Source of the DNA: Octopus sinensis
Lineage: Eukaryota
Direction of reading: 5' to 3'
DNA: 64,000 nucleotides
Assembly (NCBI RefSeq): GCF_006345805.1
Contig: NC_043006.1
Location: forward strand, 79,298,001 to 79,362,000
Shown here: positions 1 through 10,442 of the stretch, one piece after another
Layout: each line of letters starts with the position of its first letter
Numbering within the stretch: position 1 is the first letter of the stretch
Made by a program: the position numbers and the translations under genes
The notes under the pieces: model-generated
Databases searched by the model: none
The model's input: only the letters and a program-made list of their open reading frames with translations
What the model was told of the DNA's origin: nothing

Positions 1-129
1 TTATTTTCACCAGCACAGATATATTTACACAGCACCAGCATGGGTGCCACATAAAAAGCACCTGCGTCAGTGCTTCGTAAATGCACCTGTGCCAGCAGCA
101 CATAAAAGACACCCAACACACTCTGTTAA

Positions 130-235
130 CCCTTCGTTACCATATTTCTATTGAGATGCTCCATGTTTCTTTTAATTACTTTAAATATAACAAAGAATTT
201 AGTAAACTAACTTAGTTATCATTAAGCTAGTGTTT
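130..235. mobile_element. Truncated copy of the same piggyBac-type MITE
   Basis: TTAA-CCCTTCGTTACC start and matching internal sequence. Confidence 0.7.
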
Positions 236-477
236 TGCTAATTAGCGGGGGAGACACACACACGCACACACACACACAGACATGCACAAATACATACACA
301 AACAAGCACACAAAACAGTCTTCCACACAGTTTCTGACTACCAGATTCACCCACAGTAGGAGGGAGAGGATAAAAAGGAGGAGGAATGGTATGAGGAAGA
401 GGAGGAGGATTACAATGATGTGGCCATGGTGGTGGTGGTGATGATGATGAACTTCATAAAAAAGATTATTAAATTAC

Positions 478-579
478 CTGTACTTCCGGATTTGAGCCAA
501 CATGTGACAGGGGAAACCAATGATCTTTTCCATGGTATTTGTGAAGTTCTTCTCTCCTTAAGGAAACTTTCCCAATAAC
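478..579 (-). CDS. RASA3: Following coding exon of the RASA3-like gene (end of C2A)
   Basis: Translates VIGKVSLRREELHKYHGKDHWFPLSHVGSNPEVQ (RASA3 as recalled: [34 protein letters not shown]). Acceptor is tttctttattgttttcattgtAG and donor is GTAATT. 102 bp, phase 0/0. Confidence 0.92.
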
Positions 580-3089
580 CTACAATGAAAACAATAAAGA
601 AACTGTTTAAAAAAAATATGTTATTTAGTTATTCATTGCATGTGTGTGTACACGCCTGTGTGTCTTTTGGTAATAATATGTCACCAAAAATGTAAACATT
701 AGCAACAAACAATAACCCAGTACATCATCACCGTAGCTGTTGTTGTTTAATGTCTGCTTTCCATGCTGGCATGGGTTGGTTGGGTTGACTGAGGACTGGC
801 AAAACAGGGGCTTTCACCAGGCTCCAATCTGATCTAGTAAGGTTTCTACAGCTGGATGTCCTTCCTAACGCCAATCACTCTGAGAGTCTAGTGGGTGCTT
901 TTTATGTGCCACAAGCACAGAGGGCTAGTCAAGCAGCACTGGCATCAGCCATACTCAGCCATGTAGGTGGCATGAAAAAAAGCACCCAGTACACATCGTA
1001 AATTGGTTGGTGTTAGGAAGGGTATCCAACCATGGAAAACATGCTAAAGCTGACACTGGGGCTTCATGCAGCCCTGTGGCTCACTGGATCTTATCCAACC
1101 ATCCAACCTATGTCAGCATGGAAAGCACATTAAATGATGATAAATAAAATAGCAGTTGTAAGACATTTTTTTTCATCATTTTAAATTCTTCTAAACATTT
1201 GTTTAGAAGTTTAGTTTCAGCCAGCTGCTTGAACTATGTCTGTCCTTGTTTGTCCCCTCTATGTTTAGCCCCTTGTGGGCAATAAAGAAATAGGTAAGGT
1301 GCAAGGCATAAAAAGAAGAGTTGAGGGGGGGGGGGCAAAAAGTCCCTATGAGTAGGTGGAAGAGGTTATCAAGGAGGAGAAGGTGACTTTATACCAAGTG
1401 ATTGGAGTCTAAAATATGATAGAGGAGACGCACAAGTATCTTCCTACAGAAGAGATGCTAAAATTTCAGAAGCTGTTACGTTGTGGAAAGAATTACTCTA
1501 GTAATTTAACAACCTGCAAAAGCAGTTTAAATTTACTTCATGAGATGTCAAAATTTTCATTAATATGTCATAACAGCAGAAGCAGCTAAGAAATAACCGG
1601 CTCAATGACATAGTTTAACTGAAACTGTTTGAAACATTGCGAGTAGTCAGTTGGCTACATCAAGTCTTTAACATTCATTCATTCATACATTTGATTTTTG
1701 TACTTTTTAAATATTTGAAAGTCGGAGTCAGGGGAAATGTGAAATGATGAATCTGGAGGGCTGCTTCTATACATTCTCTTTATTCTTTTACTTGTTTCAA
1801 TCATTTGACTGCAGCCACGCTGGAGCACTGCCTTTAGTCGAACAAATAGACCCCAGGACTTATTCTTTGTAAGCCTAGTACTTATTCTATCGCTCACTTT
1901 TGCCAAACTGCTAAGTTACGGGGACGTAAACACAGCGTGGATTATCAAGCAATGATGAGGGGACAAATACAGACACACACACACACACACATATATATAC
2001 AATGAGCTTCTTTCAGTTTCTTATTTCTTTATTACCCACAAGGGGCTAAACATTGAGGGGGCAAACAAGGACAGACAGAGGGATTAAGTCGATTACATCG
2101 AAACCAGTGCGTAACTGGTACTTAATTTATCTACCCCAAAAGGATAAAAGGCAAAGTCAGCCTCAGCAGAATTTGAACTCAGAATGTAAACACAGACGAA
2201 ATACCGTTAAGTATTTCGCCCGGCGTGCTAATGTTTCTGCCATCTCGCCACCTTCATTCATTCAGTTTTTGTCTACCAAATCCACTCACAAGGCTTTGGT
2301 CGGTCCAGAGCTATAGCAGACGACACATGCCCAAGATGCCAAGCAGTGGGACTGAACATGGGACCATGTGGTTGGGAAGCCTGCTTCTTACCACACAGCC
2401 ACTCATGCGACTGAAAAAATATTCCATTTTAAACAGACAGAATAAGAAGTGACAAAAATTGAAAGTATAAATCTTGGGTATTGCCTGTATTAAACTTTCA
2501 AACAGTTACAGTGAAATGGTTTTAGTGACCAAGTTAGAGTATGTGTGATAAAAATTTTAACATCTCATGTAATATTTTTCCAGCTCACATAGGTGGGACA
2601 GAATTCATCTCTGTCTGTAGCAAGATACTTGTATGTCTCCTCTATCATACTTTAGTCTCCTATCACTTGGCATAAAGTCACCTTCTCTTCCCTACAGATT
2701 TTCTACAGCTTGATGCCCTTCCTGTTGCCAACCCTTACCTGTTTCCAAGAAGGGTAATATATCTCCATCACCAGACGTCTATCATGTCTGGCTATGATTG
2801 AAAATAAAGAACACCTCTTGGATGTTAGTTGCTATTTGTTGACACTCGCTTACAACTATCATGTAATATCAAGACAAGGGGATAGTAACATACAAACACA
2901 TGCACATAATAGGCTTCTTTCAGTTTCCATCAATAAAACCACTCACAGGGCTTTGTTCTGCACTGGGCTATAGAAGACAACACTTGTCCAACATGAAATA
3001 CAGTGGGACAGAATGCAGAACCATTTTGCTGAGAAGTAAACTTCTTACCACACAGCAACACCTGTGTATTGAATGTTACCGATTAAATG

Positions 3090-3560
3090 ACTAGGGTAGA
3101 GAAAGCTGTTGAAAATCACCTGGCAAGGCAAGGCCTCAGACACAGAGGTCCTCTCTTGAGCTGATCTGCCAAGCATCTACACACTGCTGAGAAGAGTGTA
3201 AGTCAGGTAGGCAGGCCACCTTGTTCATATACCTGAAATGCAACTCCCCAAGAGACTGTTTTTCAGTGAATTGGCAAAAGGCAAATGCATTCAAAGTGGA
3301 TAGAAAAAGCACTTAAAGGACACACTCAAAACCTCACTGAAGGGCTATGAGATCAACCCTGACACCTGGAAGACACAAGCACAAAACCTCCCTGCCTGGT
3401 AAAGCCACACCAACAGAGGTCTCAACTCCTATGAACACCCAGTAGACCACACCAGTGCCAATCTGCAGCAGAGCCTTCCAAGTACACATCAGACTGCTAA
3501 GCCACAGCCAGATACACTGTGACCCGTCTTCGACTCCCATCCTTGGTCATCATCAACAAT
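3090..3560 (+). mobile_element. Decayed 3' fragment of an RTE/BovB-like LINE
   Basis: Disrupted translation includes AGHLVHIPEMQLPKRL and KDTLKTSLKGYEINPDTW, resembling the RTE C-terminus, with stops and frameshifts. Confidence 0.7.
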
Positions 3561-3638
3561 GACAGACAAACTAATAAGGATAGATGTTCCAAAATATTAA
3601 AATTTAAACAGAAAAAATGTTACTTTTATTGTTCAAAA

Positions 3639-4012
3639 TCTATATATATATAAATAGCAAGATGTCTGTCTGTGTGTGTGTGAGTATCCTTTATACAAAT
3701 CCACAATTTTTCAATTAGAGGGCTCGCACTTTCTATGGTCATTCAAAACCGTCCAAGGGTGGTCGTGCACATCTTTACATTTCCCCAGTCACCCCACAAA
3801 GACATTAAAAAATCAATAGAAGTGACTTTTTTGTGAATTTTCTATCCAAAACCCAATCAAAATGCCCGAAACTTGATATGCCAATTGAATGCCAGCTAGC
3901 TGTATGTGATTGGTTAGAGATTTGGACAGTACTCGTGTGTATGTGTGCATGCACACAGCTGTATATGCATGCACTAGCACTATGACCCGGCAACACCGGG
4001 TCATAGTGCTAG
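3639..4012 (+). mobile_element. Non-autonomous Helitron
   Basis: 5' end TCTATATATATATAAA and 3' end CTAG, inserted between A and T. A 3' palindrome ACTAGCACTATGACCCGG-caaca-CCGGGTCATAGTGCTAGT lies at 3973-4013. Confidence 0.8.
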
Positions 4013-4949
4013 TGAATGATAAAACATCTCTGCAAAAATCCTACAACTCTTTACCAACAGCTTTCATTCACTGCAATCACCTCCTCTCATTCTTCCTGTA
4101 TCTATCCTTAAATTCAGAGTCATTTCTTTGATACTTCCGCTGTTGAGACAATATTGTTATAGCAATTATAATTTTTAAAACAAAATAAGGAAGGAAATAT
4201 TGTTCTCATATAATACGGATAACAAATTAAGTACTTCAACATTTCAATATTTCATAACTTGCATTTTTTTTTTTTAAAGTAAACACTTAAAAGTTATTAA
4301 AAGAGTTGAAGCCATATCACTAATTCCATCTGCCTTAAAAATGCTTGAAAATTATTGCACTAAGTTTTGTTTCTTTTCCATACTTATTCGATCTTTCTTT
4401 AAAGAGTTCGAAAAAAAACACACTGATCAATGCTGTCCTATTTATACGAAAAGACAAAATAATATATACAGAATATATAGTATAAGGCTAGTCACATGTA
4501 TGGCTGTGTGGTTAACAAGTCTGTTTCCTAACCAAATGTTTCCGAGCACAGCAATATTTTCTCATAGCTAGACATATTTTATGAAAGACTGAAAACAAAC
4601 AATCTCGCTTGTATGACAATGATTTCAATTATCACACGATGTCTACACAAAGGTATACACAAACACACACACACAAGACGGAGGAAATGCTGCTAAACAT
4701 TCTGTTTGGTGTGCTGACAATTCTGCCAGCTTTCATCACTCTTTTACTTGTTTCAGTCATTTGACTGCGGCCATGCTGGAGCACTGCCTTTAGTTGAGCA
4801 AATCGACCCCATGACTTATTCTTTGTAAGCCTAGTACTTTTTATATTGGTCTCTTTTGCCGAACCGCTAAGTTACGGGGACATAAACACACCACCATCAG
4901 TTGTCAAGCAATGTTGGGGGGACAAACACAGACACACAAACATATAGAC

Positions 4950-5014
<65 letters not shown>

Positions 5015-5206
5015 TGTGAAATAGAAAGATGAATAATCTTGTTGCAGATTAATCAAAAGTTTAACCGATACCTTGGTAGCAAAAATCACAGCAGAAGACA
5101 GCACGGTTGGAGGTACTATCATATGGTGTTGCAACCGTGCGTTGGTGCGGATAATTGAATTTTAATATTATTAGTGAATTGAAGAAATGGAGTTGAACGA
5201 AGATTG

Positions 5207-5324
5207 AACAGAAATCGTTTTATTGCATTCTACACGTGTTTCGAAAGGCACAATTTACCAAATTCCGATTGAATAATGAGACCATATTGTGTCTTTCTCT
5301 TCAGGAAGAAATAGGAAATCCGTT
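5207..5324 (-). ncRNA. Type I hammerhead ribozyme, sense to both the PLE and the host gene
   Basis: Core CUGAAGA (5304-5298). Stem II is GAAAGACACAAU/AUUGUGCCUUUC with a long loop, followed by GAAA. Stem III is the palindrome ACACGUGU, with a GUA site (cut between 5231 and 5230). Stem I is UUC/GAA, extended by UAUU/AAUA. Confidence 0.75.
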
Positions 5325-5982
5325 GGAAAAAACAAAAACAGAACAGAGGCGGAGCAAAACAAATCGAACGAGGCTCCTAAGAGCCCATGGCCAAACTGTT
5401 TATCAATGTATGTTGAAAACGGGTGGTGGGTGCGTTGAAGATTTTAACGGGTCAGGCAGCGGTCATTCCGGTGGGTGAGGGCACGGGGTGCGTAGATGTT
5501 CTTTGTGACCGAGACTAAAGTTCTGACTATTTAAAGAATATTAGGTGTATTATATGGGGCGAGACAAAATCTACTTAGAAACATGTGTGTGTGTACTGTT
5601 CTATATATGTGCGGCCGCAAGTTGGTAAGAAGCGCTACACTCTGGTCACTGCTGAGAAATCCGTCAGGGGGTAGAAAATATTTTATGTGTACGTGTGTGC
5701 GTTTGATCGCGCGGCCGTCAGTTGGTAAACAGCTCTACACAATGGTCACTGCTGTAAAATCCGTCGGGCGGCAGAAAAATATTTTATGTGTGCGTGTGTT
5801 CGTCTAATCATGCCTTGTCAAAGAAACCCCCCGTCGTCAAAAACAAACCACCATTCATCTCCCAGGAGTAATTCCCCTTGCAATGGTTAATCATATTTCT
5901 CTTAAAAGCTTTTTCAGAATTTATTACCAAGGGCTATTTTCATATAAGTAGTGTAACCGGGTGCAGGTATTATTTATAAGCG

Positions 5983-6885
5983 TTATTTATAAGCAAGATA
6001 AGTATAACGCCGCCAATGGGGGCATCGAAAAGCCGACTGTAAAAGTCCGTTTACCATCCGGTCTCTGGCGAACAATATATGGAAGAGTTCGGAGACACAA
6101 AGGTTGCACTTCCTTCTGCCCCTGTCAAATGGGAGGGCCACCGACAAAATTGACCATTCCAGCCTGTAGCTTGAGTTCGTATTCTTCAATCGCCATATTA
6201 GCTTGCTAAGTCCCGTGGTCTGGCGTTTATTCACGTCTCGAAAAGTTGCGTAATGGTTGGAGATTCGTAAGGCCAATCTTGACGATGAGGCCCCGACATA
6301 AGCGTAGACATCTGAGTCCGTGTAAGCCTTGCATTGGTAGACGGCGTTTCTGATCTTGGAGTTCACCGACGTGAACCTTATTCTGTTAGGATTAGTTTCT
6401 GAAATTAGAACTGCGTTACTGTCACTATATTTGTTGCGAGAACTGCAGCCGCTTACTACTTTATTTTCCACTACGTCACTATTAACTAACGGAATAACCC
6501 CTGATTCTACACTATCAATCAGAGTGCTGTCATTGCTAGTGCCCGTGGTGCTGCTATTGCCGGAAACGATGCTGGAGTTGCTATTGGGACTCTCTACCCT
6601 AATGAGCCGAGCTGCGCTCACCTCACTACTGCCATTGTTACCGTCAATGACAACACCCTTATTTATAACTATACCCCTAGTATATAATCCCTGGTTGGAG
6701 CTGAGATTATGAGTCACTGTACTGGCTCTCATATCATTATTACTACTATTATTATTCCTACTGAGCATTAAATCAGGAGCGGAAGAAGCTGTGCCTCCGG
6801 AAAAAGGTGATAGGGTCTTAGTAAGCAGCCTATTATTATGGGAGGCGATTATCTGGGCGAGGTTTTTAGTGTTGGAGAAAGCTAT
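5983..6885 (-). CDS. Intact C-terminal ~300 codons of the PLE ORF: RT-thumb-end motif, Ser/Asn-rich linker and GIY-YIG endonuclease. No RT core.
   Basis: IAFSNTKNLAQIIASHNNRLL resembles the PLE post-RT motif (SYS..N...II.SHN..IL). The endonuclease reads AVYQC..YAYVGAS...R(267)ISNH...LSKLIWRL...EWSIL...CNLCVSE(326)...VN(339)...CPH. The ORF-track 360-aa version adds 60 codons read from the inverted repeat. Confidence 0.85.
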   Translation of the reverse strand: MAFSNTKNLAQIIASHNNRLLTKTLSPFSGGTASSAPDLMLSRNNNSSNNDMRASTVTHNLSSNQGLYTRGIVINKGVVIDGNNGSSEVSAARLIRVESPNSNSSIVSGNSSTTGTSNDSTLIDSVESGVIPLVNSDVVENKVVSGCSSRNKYSDSNAVLISETNPNRIRFTSVNSKIRNAVYQCKAYTDSDVYAYVGASSSRLALRISNHYATFRDVNKRQTTGLSKLIWRLKNTNSSYRLEWSILSVALPFDRGRRKCNLCVSELFHILFARDRMVNGLLQSAFRCPHWRRYTYLAYK

Positions 6886-6976
6886 CAACATACATTGATA
6901 AACAGTTTGGCCATGGGCTCTTAGGAGCCTCGTTCGATTTGTTTTGCTCCGCCTCTGTTCTGTTTTTGTTTTTTCC

Positions 6977-7094
6977 AACGGATTTCCTATTTCTTCCTGA
7001 AGAGAAAGACACAATATGGTCTCATTATTCAATCGGAATTTGGTAAATTGTGCCTTTCGAAACACATGTAGAATGCAATAAAACGATTTCTGTT
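6977..7094 (+). ncRNA. Second copy of the hammerhead, in the inverted repeat and antisense to the host gene
   Basis: CTGAAGA at 6997-7003, stem II at 7004-7015/7047-7058, GAAA at 7059-7062, ACACATGT-A with cut after 7070. It differs from the left copy at one base in the stem III palindrome. Confidence 0.72.
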
Positions 7095-7135
7095 CAATCT
7101 TCGTTCAACTCCATTTCTTCAATTCACTAATAATA

Positions 7136-7169
<34 letters not shown>

Positions 7170-7504
7170 CACACACACACACAAATATACGATGGGCTTC
7201 TTTCAGTTTCTGTCTACCAAATCCACTCACAAGGCTTTGGTCGGCCCGAGGCTATAGTAGAAGACACATGCCCAAGGTGCCACGCAGTGGGACTGAACCC
7301 GGAACCATGTGGTTGGTAAGCAAGCTACTTACCACACAGCAACTCCTGCGCCTAATAATGAAAATAATTTTTGTTTGAGAGAAACTGAAACAAACAACTG
7401 ATTTTGTTTGTGTGTGTGTGTGTGTGGAGAGAGAGAGAGGTGGGGAATACTAAGGAGCAGTACAAATAAAAATAAAGTAAAAATATCTGGAAAAAAAAAT
7501 CTAC

Positions 7505-7598
7505 CTTCTCAGCTTTATAACCTGTATCGACAATGTAGCATGACAAATACCTAAAGCGCTTTGGTATTTCTGCATGGAATTCTTCACCATAGAAAGGG
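7505..7598 (-). CDS. RASA3: Next coding exon of the RASA3-like gene (C2A domain)
   Basis: Translates (N)PFYGEEFHAEIPKRFRYLSCYIVDTGYKAEK (RASA3 as recalled: [24 protein letters not shown]). Acceptor is tttctttcttttacAG and donor is GTAGAT. 94 bp, phase 2 in and phase 0 out, matching both neighbours. Confidence 0.9.
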
Positions 7599-8233
7599 CT
7601 GTAAAAGAAAGAAACAGTTTTAGATCAGTGGAACAACATAATTTCAGGAGTTGGATCAATTTGCAATAACATCTCAATTTCAGTAAGCATTAAATATATC
7701 ATCCACATTAACAACAAAGGTTTTTCCATGCATACTAGGAAGTTAAACATTATGTACTCTTTCATAAACTCACTTGTATCTATGTCAAGAGTTTATATGG
7801 AGCTTTTTGAACCAACTCTAACCATGGAATCCACAATAGCATCAACAAAAACAAACCCCTCTCAGTGCCCAGGTATTCAATGTAGGCCTCTACATAAACA
7901 CCAGAACACTTCTTTGTTGTCGGTGGTGGTTGGGGGGGTTTATTATTGTTATAATTATTATTATTATTATCATTATTATTATTACTATTATTATTATTAC
8001 TATTACTATTATTATTATTATTATTATTATATTATTATTATTATTATTGTTATCTTTTTTTCTTCTTCTTTCAAATTTGCTTCCATTTCTTGCCGAGTGT
8101 CTTCCCGACTCCTAGGGCAAAGAAACTCATAGTATACATTGGTAGGCCATTAAACTAAACTCACTAGTTCGTTCATTTTCTTTCTTTTTTTTTTAAAGTT
8201 AAATTAAAATACATGGGTAGAAATAGTTCTCAC

Positions 8234-8319
8234 ATCGACAATGCTCTTCTCAATACATGTGATCGACAATGCTCTTCTCAATATGTGTGATCGACAATGC
8301 TCTTCTCAATACGTGTGAT
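8234..8319. repeat. 28-bp minisatellite, three copies
   Basis: (gatcgacaatgctcttctcaatacgtgt) x3 with minor variation. Confidence 0.9.
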
Positions 8320-8344
8320 TTATTATTATTATTATTATTATTTA

Positions 8345-9060
8345 TTGTCCTTGCACAGCTTCTAATGAGAGAGATGTAGTACGGTGACAGCTGTTCGCTA
8401 CCAGCGAACTAAGGTAACACCCCTTATTTTTCAAACACTATCCGGAGTATTCAAGCAGTTCCAAGCAGTGCTGATCCTGCAAGTGCTCCTGGCCTCTGAC
8501 AATTATTGGTACCACTACCACCTTTTTCATTGACCACAACTGCTTAACCTCCCAAGCTAACCTGTTATATCTCTCAACTTTTCTTTCTTCCTTATCACAC
8601 ACCTTGTTGTCAGCTGGGCATGTTATATCTATGATCCAACATCGTTTGCTTTCTTTTTCAATTAACACTATGTCTGGTTTCCTATTCTCTATTTCATGGT
8701 CACATTGAATCGCAAAATCCCATAGGATCTTTGCATTATCATTTTTGATGATGTCTTCAGGTTTATGTTTGTACCACTTTTTTGCTCTGTCAAGTCCATA
8801 CTTGCTGCAAAGTGTCCAATGGACAATCCTTGCTATATTGTCATGGCATCTCTTATATTCTTTCTGGGCTTGTGTCGTACATTGACTGGTAATATGCCAT
8901 ACCGTTTCACCATTTTGTCTACAAATTCTGCACCTATCGCTTTCTGATGTGTTGTCTGTTCTGTATTTGATGTAATTTGTTCTTAGTACTTTCTCTTGGG
9001 CAGCACAGATTAGAGCCTCCGTCTCCAGTTTTAAATTACTTATAGTAATCTATAGCCATC
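8345..9060 (-). mobile_element. 3' fragment of an R4/Dong-clade non-LTR retrotransposon (CCHC knuckle plus restriction-like endonuclease)
   Basis: Open frame TEALICAAQE...CRICRQNGETVWHITSQC...HDNIARIVHW...ILWDFAIQCDHEIENRKPDIVLIEKESKRCWIID...KVERY..L. The 3' end joins a (TAA)n tract at about 8319-8345. Confidence 0.88.
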
Positions 9061-10059
9061 TTTTTTCTGTCTGTCTTATCTTCAACATCATCATCATCAT
9101 TTAACATCCGTTTTCCGCGCTAGCACGGGTTCCCTATGAAATTGTCCATGCATTCTTTTCTTTATCCACCTATTTTCAGTTGCGTGCGCGCACACACACA
9201 CACACAAATTCTTTAAATTAATTTTTTATTAACTAACTTCTTTTTCTTATAAGAATAGAAGTTTGGCGTGATTCTTTCTTATTCTTTTTTTTTCTTCTTT
9301 TGATTTCAAGTTCAGGTGTATGCCAAAGCCATAGGGTCAAGTGACTATGATATCACTGAACAATGAGTTCCTGAATCCAGGATTCTAATCCTCTAAAAGG
9401 TATCCTGTTGCATCACCAACAGTTTGTTCACAATAAGGAAGTACTTATCTTACATGACAAACACTTTGTTGTATTGGAAATATTCCCCACCACCACCACC
9501 ACCATCTCATCTTCCTACTCTTTCCCACTCTCTCATTTGTTTTAAGTTTTCTCTTCTCTGTAACCCTCTGGAACTCCCATCAGCCTGACATTTTTCCTGC
9601 AAACATCAAGTTACAGTTATTCAATCCAAGCGTAATCTATATTGATCTCGCACCTACTTGGGGGGGGGGTGACAATACCATGACCACTGCCCCTCCTCCA
9701 GACTAATCCATTAATGAAAAGAAAATTGTTATATTTTGGGATGGTTATTTATTTTTTCTTGCCAAATAAACACACACAGACACACACAGACACACACACA
9801 CACTTTATCTTTGTTCTTCACTCGTTTATAGTTGTTGTTATTTTATCTATGTCAATTGTATGGAAATCTTTCATCAGACATCTGTTTAGTCCATTCTCAA
9901 AGAATGGACTAAACAGAACAGGAGGATACATGTGGGATGGAAGAGTCGCTGAAGAGGTCACAGATGTGTGACAAAAGATTTCCGGATAAGGACATAAGAT
10001 AAAATAAGAACAACAATAAACAAGTGAAGAACTAATACATAGTGTGTGTGTGTGTGTGT

Positions 10060-10442
10060 GGAGGCACAATGGCCCAGTGGTTAGGGCAGCGGACTCGTGG
10101 TCATAGGATCGCGGTTTCGATTCCCAGACCGGGCGTTGTGAGTGTTTATTGAGTGAAAACTCCTAAAGCTCCACGAGGCTCCGGCAGGGGATGGTGGCGA
10201 TCCCTGCTGTACTCTTTCACCACTTTCTCTCACTCTCACTTCCTGTTTCTGTTGTACCTGTATTTCAAAGGGCCGGCCGTGTCACTCTCTGTGTCATGCT
10301 GAATATCCCCGAGAACTACGTTAAGGGTACACATGTCTGTGGAGTGCTCAGCCACTTACACGTTAATTTCACGAGCAGGCTGTTCCGTTGATTCGGATCA
10401 ACCGGAACCCTCGTCGTCGTAACTGATGGAGTGCTTCCATCC
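10060..10442 (+). mobile_element. Second tRNA-derived SINE family
   Basis: A box TGGCCCAGTGG and B box GGTTTCGATTCCC. A related minus-strand copy lies at about 52790-53060, and a related head at about 56245-56570. Confidence 0.8.

Larger units (their letters stand above)
5014..7136 (-). mobile_element. 5'-truncated Penelope-like retroelement (Naiad-like) with an inverted copy of its terminal repeat
   Basis: GIY-YIG ORF on the minus strand. 5165-5416 is an inverted repeat of 6885-7136 (252 bp, one mismatch seen). A hammerhead motif lies in the repeat. Both ends abut (TA)n inside a split SINE. A 5' inversion plus hammerhead is the typical Penelope-like insertion architecture. Confidence 0.88.
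4738..7352 (-). mobile_element. tRNA-derived SINE with an internal microsatellite, split by the PLE (SINE parts 4738-5013 and 7137-7352)
   Basis: The head (A box TGGCTGTGTGG-like, B box GGTTCAGTCC) is at 7190-7352 and the 3' half at 4738-4940. Joined, they give the same element seen intact at 10858-11293. Confidence 0.85.

Noticed and set aside
5236-5478. 80-aa plus-strand ORF sharing its first 60 residues with the 360-aa ORF
   Set aside because: It is the antisense reading of the PLE terminal repeat. The shared N-terminus is a by-product of the inversion, not a gene duplication.
5800-5983. Possible SECIS element after the PLE stop, since some Naiads encode selenoproteins
   Set aside because: The AUGA...AA...GA candidates do not give a convincing helix with the GA quartet, and this fragment has no in-frame UGA.
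6356-6712. 118-aa Leu-rich plus-strand ORF
   Set aside because: It is an antisense shadow of the Ser/Asn-rich linker.
7551-7598. Shorter 48-bp version of the host exon using the GT at 7550-7549
   Set aside because: Its phase-2 end does not fit the next exon, and protein similarity continues to 7505.
10060-10135. tRNA gene candidate
   Set aside because: A and B boxes are present, but the sequence runs on into a SINE body, and related copies are dispersed through the window.
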